Assembly (NCBI GenBank): GCA_040006915.1
Contig: JBDTWD010000001.1
Span: 98,229 to 162,228, forward strand
Length of the DNA stretch: 64,000 bases
Direction of reading: 5' to 3'
Origin: Candidatus Woesebacteria bacterium
Lineage (GTDB): Bacteria; Patescibacteriota; Microgenomatia; UBA1400; UBA12028
This document shows, piece by piece, positions 9,102 to 17,231 of this stretch. Made by a program: the position numbers and the translations under genes. Numbering within the stretch: position 1 is the stretch's first letter; each line of letters begins with the position of its first letter. The notes under the pieces are model-generated. The model was not told where the DNA came from, ran no database searches, and saw only the letters and a list, made by a program, of their open reading frames with translations.

Positions 9102-9866
9102 TTACACTAGCTGATCTAGTCCTTCTTTTATTTCTTCAAGAGAGTGAGAGTTCTCAAATTCTGACTTCGACTTCCAATCATGATTTCCGATAAAGGTTCC
9201 AAAAATTGATTTTTTCCATTTCTTCTCATCAAATCCTCGTGTATTTGTATACGTGTTGTAAACAGATTCGATCAACGTGGTAACCAAATGAACATAAGCG
9301 TTTCTGACAAATTCTAGTCGCTCTTGGACTTCGTCGGTTTTTACTTTTTCCAATCTATCAGGAGAGCCAAAATCAACATGCAGGTTCTCGCTAGAGCCGA
9401 TGTCTTTATCTGCAACAAAATCGTGTGCACCATCTAAGTCAATCTGCCATACCTTTCCACTTCGATCTACTAGCATGTGCCCTGGAGTACGTTCTCCCGC
9501 ACTCATTCCCATCGATAGAACGGCATTTAGTTCTGAAACAACTTGCTTTAGTGCTGACAACGATTGTGAATATCCAGCTTCTTGTATGTACGATTCTAAA
9601 TTTGGACCATCAATTTTCTTCACAGGGAAAGAATTTGTATATCTAGCCTCTTCCCTAAATCGCGCCATTTTTGTAACAACTATTGGAGGAACGAAATCAA
9701 AGAGATCAGCAAGAATGACGTGAAGATATTCTCTCTCACCTAAGCCTGAGGGATCTCCTATCTCCTCATGTATTTCAATAGGTTCAGCGGATGAGTCGTA
9801 TTTGATTTCTCGTTGAAGTTCTTTTTTGTCACGTCTAAAGTATGAAGCTATATCTCGGAAGGCCAT
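9102..9866 (-). CDS. hypothetical protein, weak kinase-like (HipA/PI3K-type) motif
   Basis: GERTPGHMLVDRSGKVWQIDLDGA resembles the DRHxxNxL...IDxG catalytic region; TATAGT -10 before ATG. Confidence 0.45.
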   Translation of the reverse strand: MAFRDIASYFRRDKKELQREIKYDSSAEPIEIHEEIGDPSGLGEREYLHVILADLFDFVPPIVVTKMARFREEARYTNSFPVKKIDGPNLESYIQEAGYSQSLSALKQVVSELNAVLSMGMSAGERTPGHMLVDRSGKVWQIDLDGAHDFVADKDIGSSENLHVDFGSPDRLEKVKTDEVQERLEFVRNAYVHLVTTLIESVYNTYTNTRGFDEKKWKKSIFGTFIGNHDWKSKSEFENSHSLEEIKEGLDQLV

Positions 9867-9971
9867 GAAATTACTATACACTTACTCAGTGGGAATCAAA
9901 ATTATGAGAAATACGAACCGATAACCTGGATTTGAAAAGCTTTTTTAGATTGATTCATCAAACTATTAGAA

Positions 9972-10004
9972 TTTGCAGGGCTTAGTGGAGGACGTCAGAA
10001 CCTA
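9972..10004 (-). repeat. cassette-boundary repeat R8
   Basis: + strand TTTGCAGGGCTTAGTGGAGGACGTCAGAACCTA. Confidence 0.9.
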
Positions 10005-10005
10005 C

Positions 10006-10329
10006 TTATTTGCTAGGTATTCTCTTTGAGAGATGACTTGAAAGAATAGCTGGAACTACAAAAATGATTAGTACAAATACAAACCATATCCCATACACCA
10101 CAAGTGGTGTATAGAGATACTCATCTCCGATTACTCTAACCCCGTTTACACTATGAACAAAAGGTGCAATAAAACCGACGAAAGGCAATGGGTCGATACA
10201 TTTATATAATATTCCATTCGCCCAGTTGCTCCAAGAAAAAGATAGCACCAGAAGTAGTGGAACAAAGAAGAAGATATATAGAACAACCGACTGAAGTCTT
10301 ACGTATTGGTCGTGGAGTTTTTTAACCAT
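10006..10329 (-). CDS. small membrane protein
   Basis: 107 aa, two hydrophobic segments; stop 1 nt from R8. Confidence 0.65.
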   Translation of the reverse strand: MVKKLHDQYVRLQSVVLYIFFFVPLLLVLSFSWSNWANGILYKCIDPLPFVGFIAPFVHSVNGVRVIGDEYLYTPLVVYGIWFVFVLIIFVVPAILSSHLSKRIPSK

Positions 10330-10356
10330 ATGCAGATTATAACAAAGTCCTAACTT

Positions 10357-10439
10357 TAGGTTCGATTCCTTATAGACCTAAGGAGATTTGACTCGAGTAA
10401 AAAGTTGAAGCAGGGCTTGGTGGAGGACGTCAGAACCTA
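10357..10439 (-). repeat. repeat R9 (10410-10439) with opposing half-site TAGGTTCGATTCCT (10357-10370)
   Basis: + strand GCAGGGCTTGGTGGAGGACGTCAGAACCTA; half-site about 40 nt to the left. Confidence 0.85.
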
Positions 10440-10450
10440 TTTTATTGTTT

Positions 10451-10711
10451 CTAATACTCATCGTGCGTAATAATATCGGTCAAGAGTAATCCTTCTCCTA
10501 TCACCACAAAAGTTATCCGTAGATCACCTTCCAACCAAACAGCATACTCAGTTTTTCTTGAGCCTTTTAATTTATGAGTTTTAAGAGATGGATGGTGAAT
10601 ATTTTGAACTAATAGCTTTAATTGCTTGCTCACTTTTTGTCTCAACTGAGGATTTTTGTCTATTCTTTTTTTGAGTCTTTTCTTGAAATAATCCGAATAA
10701 CTTAGTTTCAT
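10451..10711 (-). CDS. RelE/StbE-family type II toxin
   Basis: HPSLKTHKLKG...YAVWLEGDLRITF...DIITHDEY. Confidence 0.8.
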   Translation of the reverse strand: MKLSYSDYFKKRLKKRIDKNPQLRQKVSKQLKLLVQNIHHPSLKTHKLKGSRKTEYAVWLEGDLRITFVVIGEGLLLTDIITHDEY

Positions 10712-10986
10712 AAATCATTCAGAAATTCATCAACCTCATCATGTTTGATCTGATGAGTTTTACCTTGAGAGTAATCTTCTAGTGCTTGATCTAACACCTT
10801 TTCAGTTTTTTCACTCATTTTGAAAACTGGCATATCTATATCTTTCACATCAACTAGCACTAGATGTTTAATGTAAGTAGAAATGGACAAACCATATTGA
10901 TCAGCTCTACTCTGGACAAGTTCTTGCAACTTCTCTGGCAAAGTAATTTTTATTTGGGCTGATGGATTAGCAATAATTGTAGACAT
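10708..10986 (-). CDS. cognate antitoxin (ribbon-helix-helix-like)
   Basis: QIKITLP..RADQYGLSISTYIKHL; ATGA overlap with the toxin. Confidence 0.75.
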   Translation of the reverse strand: MSTIIANPSAQIKITLPEKLQELVQSRADQYGLSISTYIKHLVLVDVKDIDMPVFKMSEKTEKVLDQALEDYSQGKTHQIKHDEVDEFLNDL

Positions 10987-10992
10987 AGTACT

Positions 10993-11021
10993 ATTTTAGT
11001 CCCTTTTTAGTCCTTTTTCAA
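10993..11021 (-). promoter_or_regulatory. leaderless sigma70 promoter with direct-repeat operator
   Basis: TTGAAA-17 bp-TAAAAT, 6 nt before ATG; TTTTAGTCC twice (10994, 11005). Confidence 0.55.
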
Positions 11022-11037
11022 GTACTGAACAGCCATA

Positions 11038-11064
11038 GAGCTTAGTAGAGGACGTCAGAACCTA
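11038..11064 (-). repeat. cassette-boundary repeat R10
   Basis: + strand GAGCTTAGTAGAGGACGTCAGAACCTA; contains the TAG stop of the 322-aa ORF. Confidence 0.85.
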
Positions 11065-12030
11065 TTTCGCTAAAGATTCGGTTGTACTTGGCCTGTAATG
11101 TGGGAATAGCTTTTTCACCTCCCCATCTGAAATCTCTTTTTTTACATGGTAGACCGTAGCCTGATTTTTACCTCTATTCAGGCTAAGCAGACATGACTGG
11201 AGGTCGTTATATTTATCAAGCAATTTTTGATATGCATCTGCCCTCCTATCAAAATCAGGGGTGTGATACTGCATAGCCACGGGTACAAGTTCACGACCAA
11301 CCCAGTAAGCCTGCAATTCCTTTAGCCATAGTGGGAGAGATTCATCTTCATCATCCTGATGGATATGGACTATCTCATGAAGTACCATATTTAACCAGGT
11401 AGCTTTCTCAACAAATTTCTTTGCTTTTTCAATACTTCCCTCTTCTCGCATGAGTGTTTCTCTATTTTGTTCACTTATATTTTCCCAAGTTTCTATGGGT
11501 ATACCTATCACAAAACTTCCTTCTGAGTTGTATGCTCTAAACGTCCCTACCTCATCTTCTGGGATGTATGAAGCGCTTTCCGATTTTAGTCTAGATTTAA
11601 AAAAGTTCTCAAACTTTCTTCGATCAATCTCGGGAATTCCTGAGAGCCACTGTTCTAAATTTGCTTCAGTCAAATCGGTGGCATTTTTACCTTTTTCCTT
11701 TATAAATGTCGAGTAAGATTCCACAATCACCTGTGGAGTTACTTCTTCACTGTCTTTTTCAGCAATAGTGTCTAACTTCCAGTTTGACGTAAATGCTTTC
11801 ATTGTCTCAGGATCTACTAGAACAAAGCGTTTTTTCATCTCATCAAGCGGGATCATTTCACGCTGAGAAAATAGTTTTTGAAATTTAGCAATGAAAAGTG
11901 AATACGCCTCTCCCACAACCTCCTCAAACTCTTTTGCTTTCTCTGGAGATACGGATTGAGCCTCCATTCGCAAGGCATCCAGCTCATCAGCAGATAGGGA
12001 GAAAGAATTTGAACTAGCGTTTTCGGACAT
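11062..12030 (-). CDS. hypothetical protein with HExxH zincin motif
   Basis: VLHEIVHIHQ...WLKELQAY. Confidence 0.6.
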   Translation of the reverse strand: MSENASSNSFSLSADELDALRMEAQSVSPEKAKEFEEVVGEAYSLFIAKFQKLFSQREMIPLDEMKKRFVLVDPETMKAFTSNWKLDTIAEKDSEEVTPQVIVESYSTFIKEKGKNATDLTEANLEQWLSGIPEIDRRKFENFFKSRLKSESASYIPEDEVGTFRAYNSEGSFVIGIPIETWENISEQNRETLMREEGSIEKAKKFVEKATWLNMVLHEIVHIHQDDEDESLPLWLKELQAYWVGRELVPVAMQYHTPDFDRRADAYQKLLDKYNDLQSCLLSLNRGKNQATVYHVKKEISDGEVKKLFPHYRPSTTESLAK

Positions 12031-12077
12031 ACTATTAGTGAGTATACCAAAAATATTAGGGGCGGAAGGAATGAAAG

Positions 12078-12102
12078 CAGGTTCGAGCGTAAAATGCAGG
12101 GC
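12078..12102. repeat. partial/terminal site related to 7348-7372
   Basis: CAGGTTCGAGCGTAAAATGCAGGGC vs TAGGTTCGAGCCTACTTTGCAGGGC; both regions are preceded by GGRCGGAAGGAAT. Confidence 0.55.
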
Positions 12103-12144
12103 CTAAATGAGAGCGCATTAGCTCAAAAGTACTTTATCGAAAAA

Positions 12145-12678
12145 TCAGAATGGATATCCCTTTAAACCTTGGATTCCTTTGAGTACGGCAATTTCTCCCA
12201 TGATCGAATAGGCGTGTCCATTTATGATGTTGGCGATGAAGTCATACATTTTTTTGTTTCCCATGCCAAATGCGCTCATATCTACTTCTTTCTCAAGGTC
12301 TGCTTCAGAAAGCGTGGCGACGTACTTTTCCGTTTCTTCGTACACGGACTTGGCATACAGGCGAAATTTCTGTACATCCAAGCGAACTTCTCGCAGCCAG
12401 ATGGGATATTCAGTTTGCCAATCGGTTGGTTGGATTTTACTGGCACCGGTGTTGTCCTTAAAAGTTGTTTCGAATAGTGTCGGAGTTTTCATCAAAAAAG
12501 TATGCACAAACATATCTTCACTAAAGACCAAATGAGCATACACTCCGGCAATTGGGTTGGCAGTCCCTGGAGGCATAAACTGTGCCACTTCATCAGTCAC
12601 ACCAGTCATGGTGTCTTCCAGTGCAGTGTGAGTAGCCTGCAGCTGAGTAACTAAAATTTCGGTTCCAAGATTTTTCAT
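12145..12678 (-). CDS. DinB-family protein
   Basis: ANPIAGVYAHLVFSED...HAYSIMGEIAVLKG. Confidence 0.7.
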   Translation of the reverse strand: MKNLGTEILVTQLQATHTALEDTMTGVTDEVAQFMPPGTANPIAGVYAHLVFSEDMFVHTFLMKTPTLFETTFKDNTGASKIQPTDWQTEYPIWLREVRLDVQKFRLYAKSVYEETEKYVATLSEADLEKEVDMSAFGMGNKKMYDFIANIINGHAYSIMGEIAVLKGIQGLKGYPF

Positions 12679-12862
12679 AGATCTCCTGTAGAGTACAAAG
12701 CATTTCATTACGTAAATTGGCTTGAGATGATTTTACCCGTTTCAAGAGCTTGATACAAATTTTCGTTTTCGACTCGTTTGAGCTAGTTTATTACCAGGAG
12801 TATTCATGCAGTCAGAATAGCAAAGGTTCTCGTCTGTTATACCAAACTTTCAGTATTCCATT

Positions 12863-12949
12863 CGGGGTCTTGCCCCTCTTTTACAAGGGTTTCCGGGCTA
12901 TGCCCTCCAATGAACGTCGTTTCACTCCGCCCTTGTAAAATTCACCCCG
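12863..12949 (+). promoter_or_regulatory. large branched hairpin upstream of DUF2958 (ssDNA-promoter/ssi-like)
   Basis: CGGGGT/ACCCCG and TTTTACAAGGG/CCCTTGTAAAA arms enclosing two small hairpins. Confidence 0.5.
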
Positions 12950-13028
12950 CTGTTTAAGAGACAGATATGGGAGGCATGCACGCCTCCCAATCAAAAAGTA
13001 TAAAAATGAGGCGTGAAGAAAGGACGAT

Positions 13029-13325
13029 ATGAAACTGGTATCCAAGGAGCTTGAAGCCCTCTTTGCACAAGTGGGGTCACAGGAGAATGTGGCAGATCCA
13101 ATTGTGATTGCGAAGTTTTTCAATCCCACAGGATCTGGTACGTGGTATGCAACCGAGTATGACGCATCTGAAGGGCGGTTTTTCGGCTATGTGTCTATCT
13201 TTGGCGACTGGAATGACGAATGGGGATATTTTTCTTTAGCAGAGCTACAAAGCTATGTGGGAAGACTGGGCTTGGGGATCGAACGAGATCTGTATTTTAC
13301 GCCCAAGCCATTCTCGAAAATTTAA
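13029..13325 (+). CDS. DUF2958 family protein
   Basis: KFFNPTGSGTWYATEYD..FFGYV..EWGYFSLAEL..IERDLYF. Confidence 0.85.
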   Translation: MKLVSKELEALFAQVGSQENVADPIVIAKFFNPTGSGTWYATEYDASEGRFFGYVSIFGDWNDEWGYFSLAELQSYVGRLGLGIERDLYFTPKPFSKI

Positions 13326-13344
13326 ATATATATAGGAGACATTT

Positions 13345-13506
13345 ATGATCAATCCCATCGTAACGCGCGAATTTGAAAACCAAATTTTAGAACTCATTGA
13401 CACTCAAGAGGACTATACCCGAGGTGATTTGCAAGGAATGGTGACCGTATTGGTGAACAAAATAATGGAACGAGGGCACGAGATTTTACAAACCCAGGAG
13501 AAATGA
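13345..13506 (+). CDS. small hypothetical protein (53 aa, not in ORF track)
   Basis: AGGAG SD at 13334; MINPIVTREFENQILELIDTQEDYTRGDLQGMV...QEK*. Confidence 0.6.
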   Translation: MINPIVTREFENQILELIDTQEDYTRGDLQGMVTVLVNKIMERGHEILQTQEK

Positions 13507-13652
13507 GCGATATGCACTGAAAACAAGTGATTTTTTCACTGGTGCGTTGAAGTACGTCGTGGGGTACTAGTTGGTATTGTATAATATCGAGGCGACACTA
13601 CCCAAACGGGAGTGGAACGTAGAAATGAGGCCACAGACACTGGAGGTGCAAA

Positions 13653-14174
13653 ATGGCCGAGTTAGTGAAGAGAGAAGACTTTCAAAAGCTTCTCACGGTT
13701 CGTCAACTCATCGACGAAATGATCGAGCTTGACGAAAAAGTTTTAGCGAATGGCGGCGGATTCCGACAGAGAGAATTTAGCTCTTCTCAGGTGGGATCCA
13801 TAAATGCCGTTCTTCGTGAGACACGTCCGCATTCTTTGTATATCGTTGGATTTGAATTCGACGTGAGCGAAGTCGGGGACGTGGTCGATGTGTCAGTTGC
13901 CAACACAGAAGCAACTGATATCGTACTCAATGCTGCATTGGGAGTGAAGAACTCCTGGGAATCGCCGATGCAGACGCTAACGATTCCCGCTGAGGGTGAG
14001 ATTACTTTTCGTTTTCCCATCCCAGTAAGACTGAAGGAAAGAGAGGTGTGCTTTCACTTTAGTGGAATGATGAGTGCGCTGCGGGACATTCACGTCCAGT
14101 ATTGCGCTGATCAAATGCTACCTCCTCTCCCTCCTGAAAAGAAACCGCGAGGTTTCAAGGAGAACAAAAAGTAA
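13653..14174 (+). CDS. hypothetical protein
   Basis: 173 aa, GGAGGT SD, TATAAT upstream, strong hairpin downstream. Confidence 0.65.
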   Translation: MAELVKREDFQKLLTVRQLIDEMIELDEKVLANGGGFRQREFSSSQVGSINAVLRETRPHSLYIVGFEFDVSEVGDVVDVSVANTEATDIVLNAALGVKNSWESPMQTLTIPAEGEITFRFPIPVRLKEREVCFHFSGMMSALRDIHVQYCADQMLPPLPPEKKPRGFKENKK

Positions 14175-14187
14175 GCAGTAATGAGTC

Positions 14188-14217
14188 GTGGTTGGGGGAT
14201 CCTCGTCCCCCAACCAC
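14188..14217. terminator. 12-bp hairpin between convergent genes
   Basis: GTGGTTGGGGGA-tcctcg-TCCCCCAACCAC. Confidence 0.6.
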
Positions 14218-14302
14218 AAAACCATTTTTCCAGATGGGTGAATTTGAAACCGTATCCGCGTCATCTATTCACTTCTCTACCTCAAACCGATTTGTTTTGA
14301 TC

Positions 14303-16285
14303 CTACCGCTTTTCAATTTCAGATTTAAACTCCACTGCGAAGACGTGTGCCATTCCGCTCTCAATTCCTTCTTGTGCAAGTATTCGTACTTGTCTATTTA
14401 AGCGAATTGCCCAGACTGTTTTGTTTTCTCTAGGCCCGTCAAATCCGGGATATGTTTTGACCAGTCCCGCACCCTTATTGGCCTGAAGTAATTTTTGTTC
14501 GATGCGTTGAATGTCGGAATCATTAAATTTTTCCCGTAATGTACGAACTGTATCTTCCGGGAATACAAATTCAGGCCACAATCTTTTCTCTCGGATTTCT
14601 TCAGCAAAAGTTTTTGACTTTCCTGATTGCTGTTTTTGTGGTTCCAATGACTGTACCACTGTATAATTTTGTTGTCTTTTATGTTCGCCTCTTTCCGTTT
14701 TGGCTTTCCCTTTTTGTCTCATTGGGGCAACGTCATATGAATTAACTCGAGAAATCATGTTTTCGGCAGGTGTTGGGGTATATAGTCTCTCATTCTTTAT
14801 CCGAACAGTGTTATCAAGTAATTGATGGATGAGTGAAAGCGTCTGAGCCTGGAGTGATTCATCAACAGCTTCTTCATCTAACAAACGTAAATAAATTGCT
14901 GGATGGTCAGCGTGAAGATCTATTGCTAAGGTTGTCAAAGAAAACGGCATACTATTCTCCATTGACAAGTGTTCGAGCTCCTCTTCGTTGTGAATAAAAA
15001 ACAATTGTACAAAAAGAATGTCATCATCTTTTTTTACTCGAGCCGTTACGAAGTCTGTTGGGACTGATAAGTGTACTTGATCAAGTTTTGCGAGTGAAAC
15101 CCAACTATCAGAAATCGAAAGTTCAGCAGCGAATGCTCGTATTTCCTGCCACTGTTGTGTCGACCACTCTTGTTTCTCGCCAAAAAGAGCAGCCAGTTGA
15201 TCAGATGAGCAAATAACTACTTTGGAAACTGATTGAACAGTGCCTTTCATATTTTCTGCAAGGTCAAAATACCACGAATCGTTCGTATCTTCTGCAATAG
15301 TATATAAGTTTTTTATAAGGACGAGCTCATCGACGACATTCATTATCCCCCGCTTTACGGCTCCTAAACCGAAATACTGTCGTTTCTCTTCTCGACTACC
15401 TACAATCGCTGGTGACTCGATAAAATCTGTTACAAACTGACGGCTGGCTAGATGTTTTGGATCCTCATCATCTGTAAGTGCGTTATATGTCTGCAAAATG
15501 AAGTCTGAAAAGAGATGGTACATCCTTTTTGTGAGAGCCTTTTCTTTATTTTCTTTAAAATATTTTTTGTAGATTTGCTCAAACTCATAATCGTCCATCG
15601 CAACAAAACCTTTTACAAATATTCCCAAGTAAAAGCTCTCACTCTGCTGAAAAACTTCATGTAAAAGCGTGCTCATTACTTGGTACCGAGCATCGCTAGA
15701 ATTGTCTCCCTCTGTTTCAAGATCAAGAGCCAGTTTTTTGAGAACTGCGAACACTGGCATATATGCCTCTATATCCTCATACGCATCGGACTGCTTGAAA
15801 AAAGATGGAACCGGAATGCGTGCCCATTCTGTAATTTCACGTACGACATTTTGATCAAAATCGACAACGTCTGATCTATGGAGTTGTTTGATAATATCGT
15901 GTCCACTATCGGCTACACGAATATGGGCGTTAAATAACCGAACTATCCATTCTTGAATAGCTGTCTTTCCAATGGGATTTTCTCCATCTTCTAGTCCTGG
16001 CATATTACCTATTAATTCGTATTTTTCAATATTCCATCGGGCGAGTGTCCCCACGAGACCTCCGATATTTTTCACACCGAGTGAACGTGATTGAAGGATA
16101 AACGATCTGGCTCCTTGCTCTAAGTATCGTCTCTCGGGGAGTTCTTCTTGTGCAGTTTCAAATGAAGCAATGTCTGGAAGTTTATATGACCCGTCTGGGT
16201 TTTTTTCAATCTCTATTGGAATAGGAGAAGCAGTGGGCTCACCCACATACAGTGCACGGCTTAATTTAAATTCTCTTTCTTTCAT
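14303..16285 (-). CDS. large hypothetical protein with possible C-terminal RelE-like domain
   Basis: 660-aa ORF; tail VWAIRLNRQVRILA...VFAVEFKSEI. Confidence 0.6.
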   Translation of the reverse strand: MKEREFKLSRALYVGEPTASPIPIEIEKNPDGSYKLPDIASFETAQEELPERRYLEQGARSFILQSRSLGVKNIGGLVGTLARWNIEKYELIGNMPGLEDGENPIGKTAIQEWIVRLFNAHIRVADSGHDIIKQLHRSDVVDFDQNVVREITEWARIPVPSFFKQSDAYEDIEAYMPVFAVLKKLALDLETEGDNSSDARYQVMSTLLHEVFQQSESFYLGIFVKGFVAMDDYEFEQIYKKYFKENKEKALTKRMYHLFSDFILQTYNALTDDEDPKHLASRQFVTDFIESPAIVGSREEKRQYFGLGAVKRGIMNVVDELVLIKNLYTIAEDTNDSWYFDLAENMKGTVQSVSKVVICSSDQLAALFGEKQEWSTQQWQEIRAFAAELSISDSWVSLAKLDQVHLSVPTDFVTARVKKDDDILFVQLFFIHNEEELEHLSMENSMPFSLTTLAIDLHADHPAIYLRLLDEEAVDESLQAQTLSLIHQLLDNTVRIKNERLYTPTPAENMISRVNSYDVAPMRQKGKAKTERGEHKRQQNYTVVQSLEPQKQQSGKSKTFAEEIREKRLWPEFVFPEDTVRTLREKFNDSDIQRIEQKLLQANKGAGLVKTYPGFDGPRENKTVWAIRLNRQVRILAQEGIESGMAHVFAVEFKSEIEKR

Positions 16286-16383
16286 TGAGTGATAGTACTA
16301 TATTTTTTATATTTGGCAAATATCTTGCCCTAGTCACGAACAGGTGTTTTGAATTCTTCTGAAAATGATTTATAATCCCGGGA

Positions 16384-17142
16384 ATGAGAAAAGAACTGTG
16401 TGCATATTGCGTCACTTGGCAAAAATGTTTTTATGAGGATATCTCTCTCAACGGTTTGCAGCAAGCTCTCGAACATGGAAATACTACAAACTGTCCACAG
16501 TTCCCTTCTTTATTGGCAGAAGCCCTAGATCCAGGCACCATTTCTTCGCCTGAAGAAAGTATTGTATCCGTCGTTGAACAGTCTCCTCTTGAAACGGTTG
16601 AAACCATGATTCCACAAGCTGAGGATATAGAAAAAATCATTGACAACACTCCTCCAATAGAGGGAGAAATTCCCAAGCCTCGCATGATAGAAACAATTAT
16701 TTTTAAACGTCTACCGACTAAACGAGAGACAGTTCAGGTAAAAACAAATGGGAAACAAAGGGACATCACAAACGGCAAGGCTGAAAAAGGTGCTGGTACT
16801 CCCAAACGATCCACAGTAAGCATTTCGTTACGTGAATATATTGATGTGCAGGATTATCTTGCTCAAACCGATGTATCTGAACGTCTAAGGAGTGCATTTG
16901 GATACATTACAGAGGCAATTGACAAGTTAGGGAAATATACACAGGATCTCGACTACAAAGAGAAAGAGAGGCTAGGGAAAATTATTACAAGAATTCTTGA
17001 AACGAACGATGTGTTTGAAGATTATGAGGAAGCGCTACATTTCTTGAAAGCTCTAAAAGGAATCGTTACCGTTTGGACTGTGAATACAAAGGGCAAGAAC
17101 AGAAATGAAATTCAAAAATTTGACCTGAATGGATCTACTTAG
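16384..17142 (+). CDS. hypothetical protein with N-terminal Cys cluster
   Basis: 252 aa; CAYC..C..C; TATAAT just before ATG. Confidence 0.6.
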   Translation: MRKELCAYCVTWQKCFYEDISLNGLQQALEHGNTTNCPQFPSLLAEALDPGTISSPEESIVSVVEQSPLETVETMIPQAEDIEKIIDNTPPIEGEIPKPRMIETIIFKRLPTKRETVQVKTNGKQRDITNGKAEKGAGTPKRSTVSISLREYIDVQDYLAQTDVSERLRSAFGYITEAIDKLGKYTQDLDYKEKERLGKIITRILETNDVFEDYEEALHFLKALKGIVTVWTVNTKGKNRNEIQKFDLNGST

Positions 17143-17231
17143 TAATTTTTTAACTGAAAATATACAGAATGAAACGCCCACTGCATGTATTGATTTGGTA
17201 ATCAACCACACAGTGGGCTTCTTTAGCACCT

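Noticed and set aside
10357-10390. tRNA gene at GGTTCGATTCC
   Set aside because: Only a T-arm is present; no D-arm, anticodon arm or acceptor stem.
3086-11064. CRISPR array
   Set aside because: Intervals are 0.4-1.4 kb and contain whole genes; orientation flips; no cas genes in the window.
7348-11064. Canonical integron attC sites
   Set aside because: No RYYYAAC...GTTRRRY ends or long imperfect palindrome; no intI in the window.
4373-11064. Repeats as simple rho-independent terminators or REP elements
   Set aside because: Only a 3-4 bp stem and no U tract; not seen after any housekeeping gene in the remaining 52 kb.
12058-12082. SRP RNA from the GGAAGGAA..GCAG motif
   Set aside because: The flanking SRP helix is not present.
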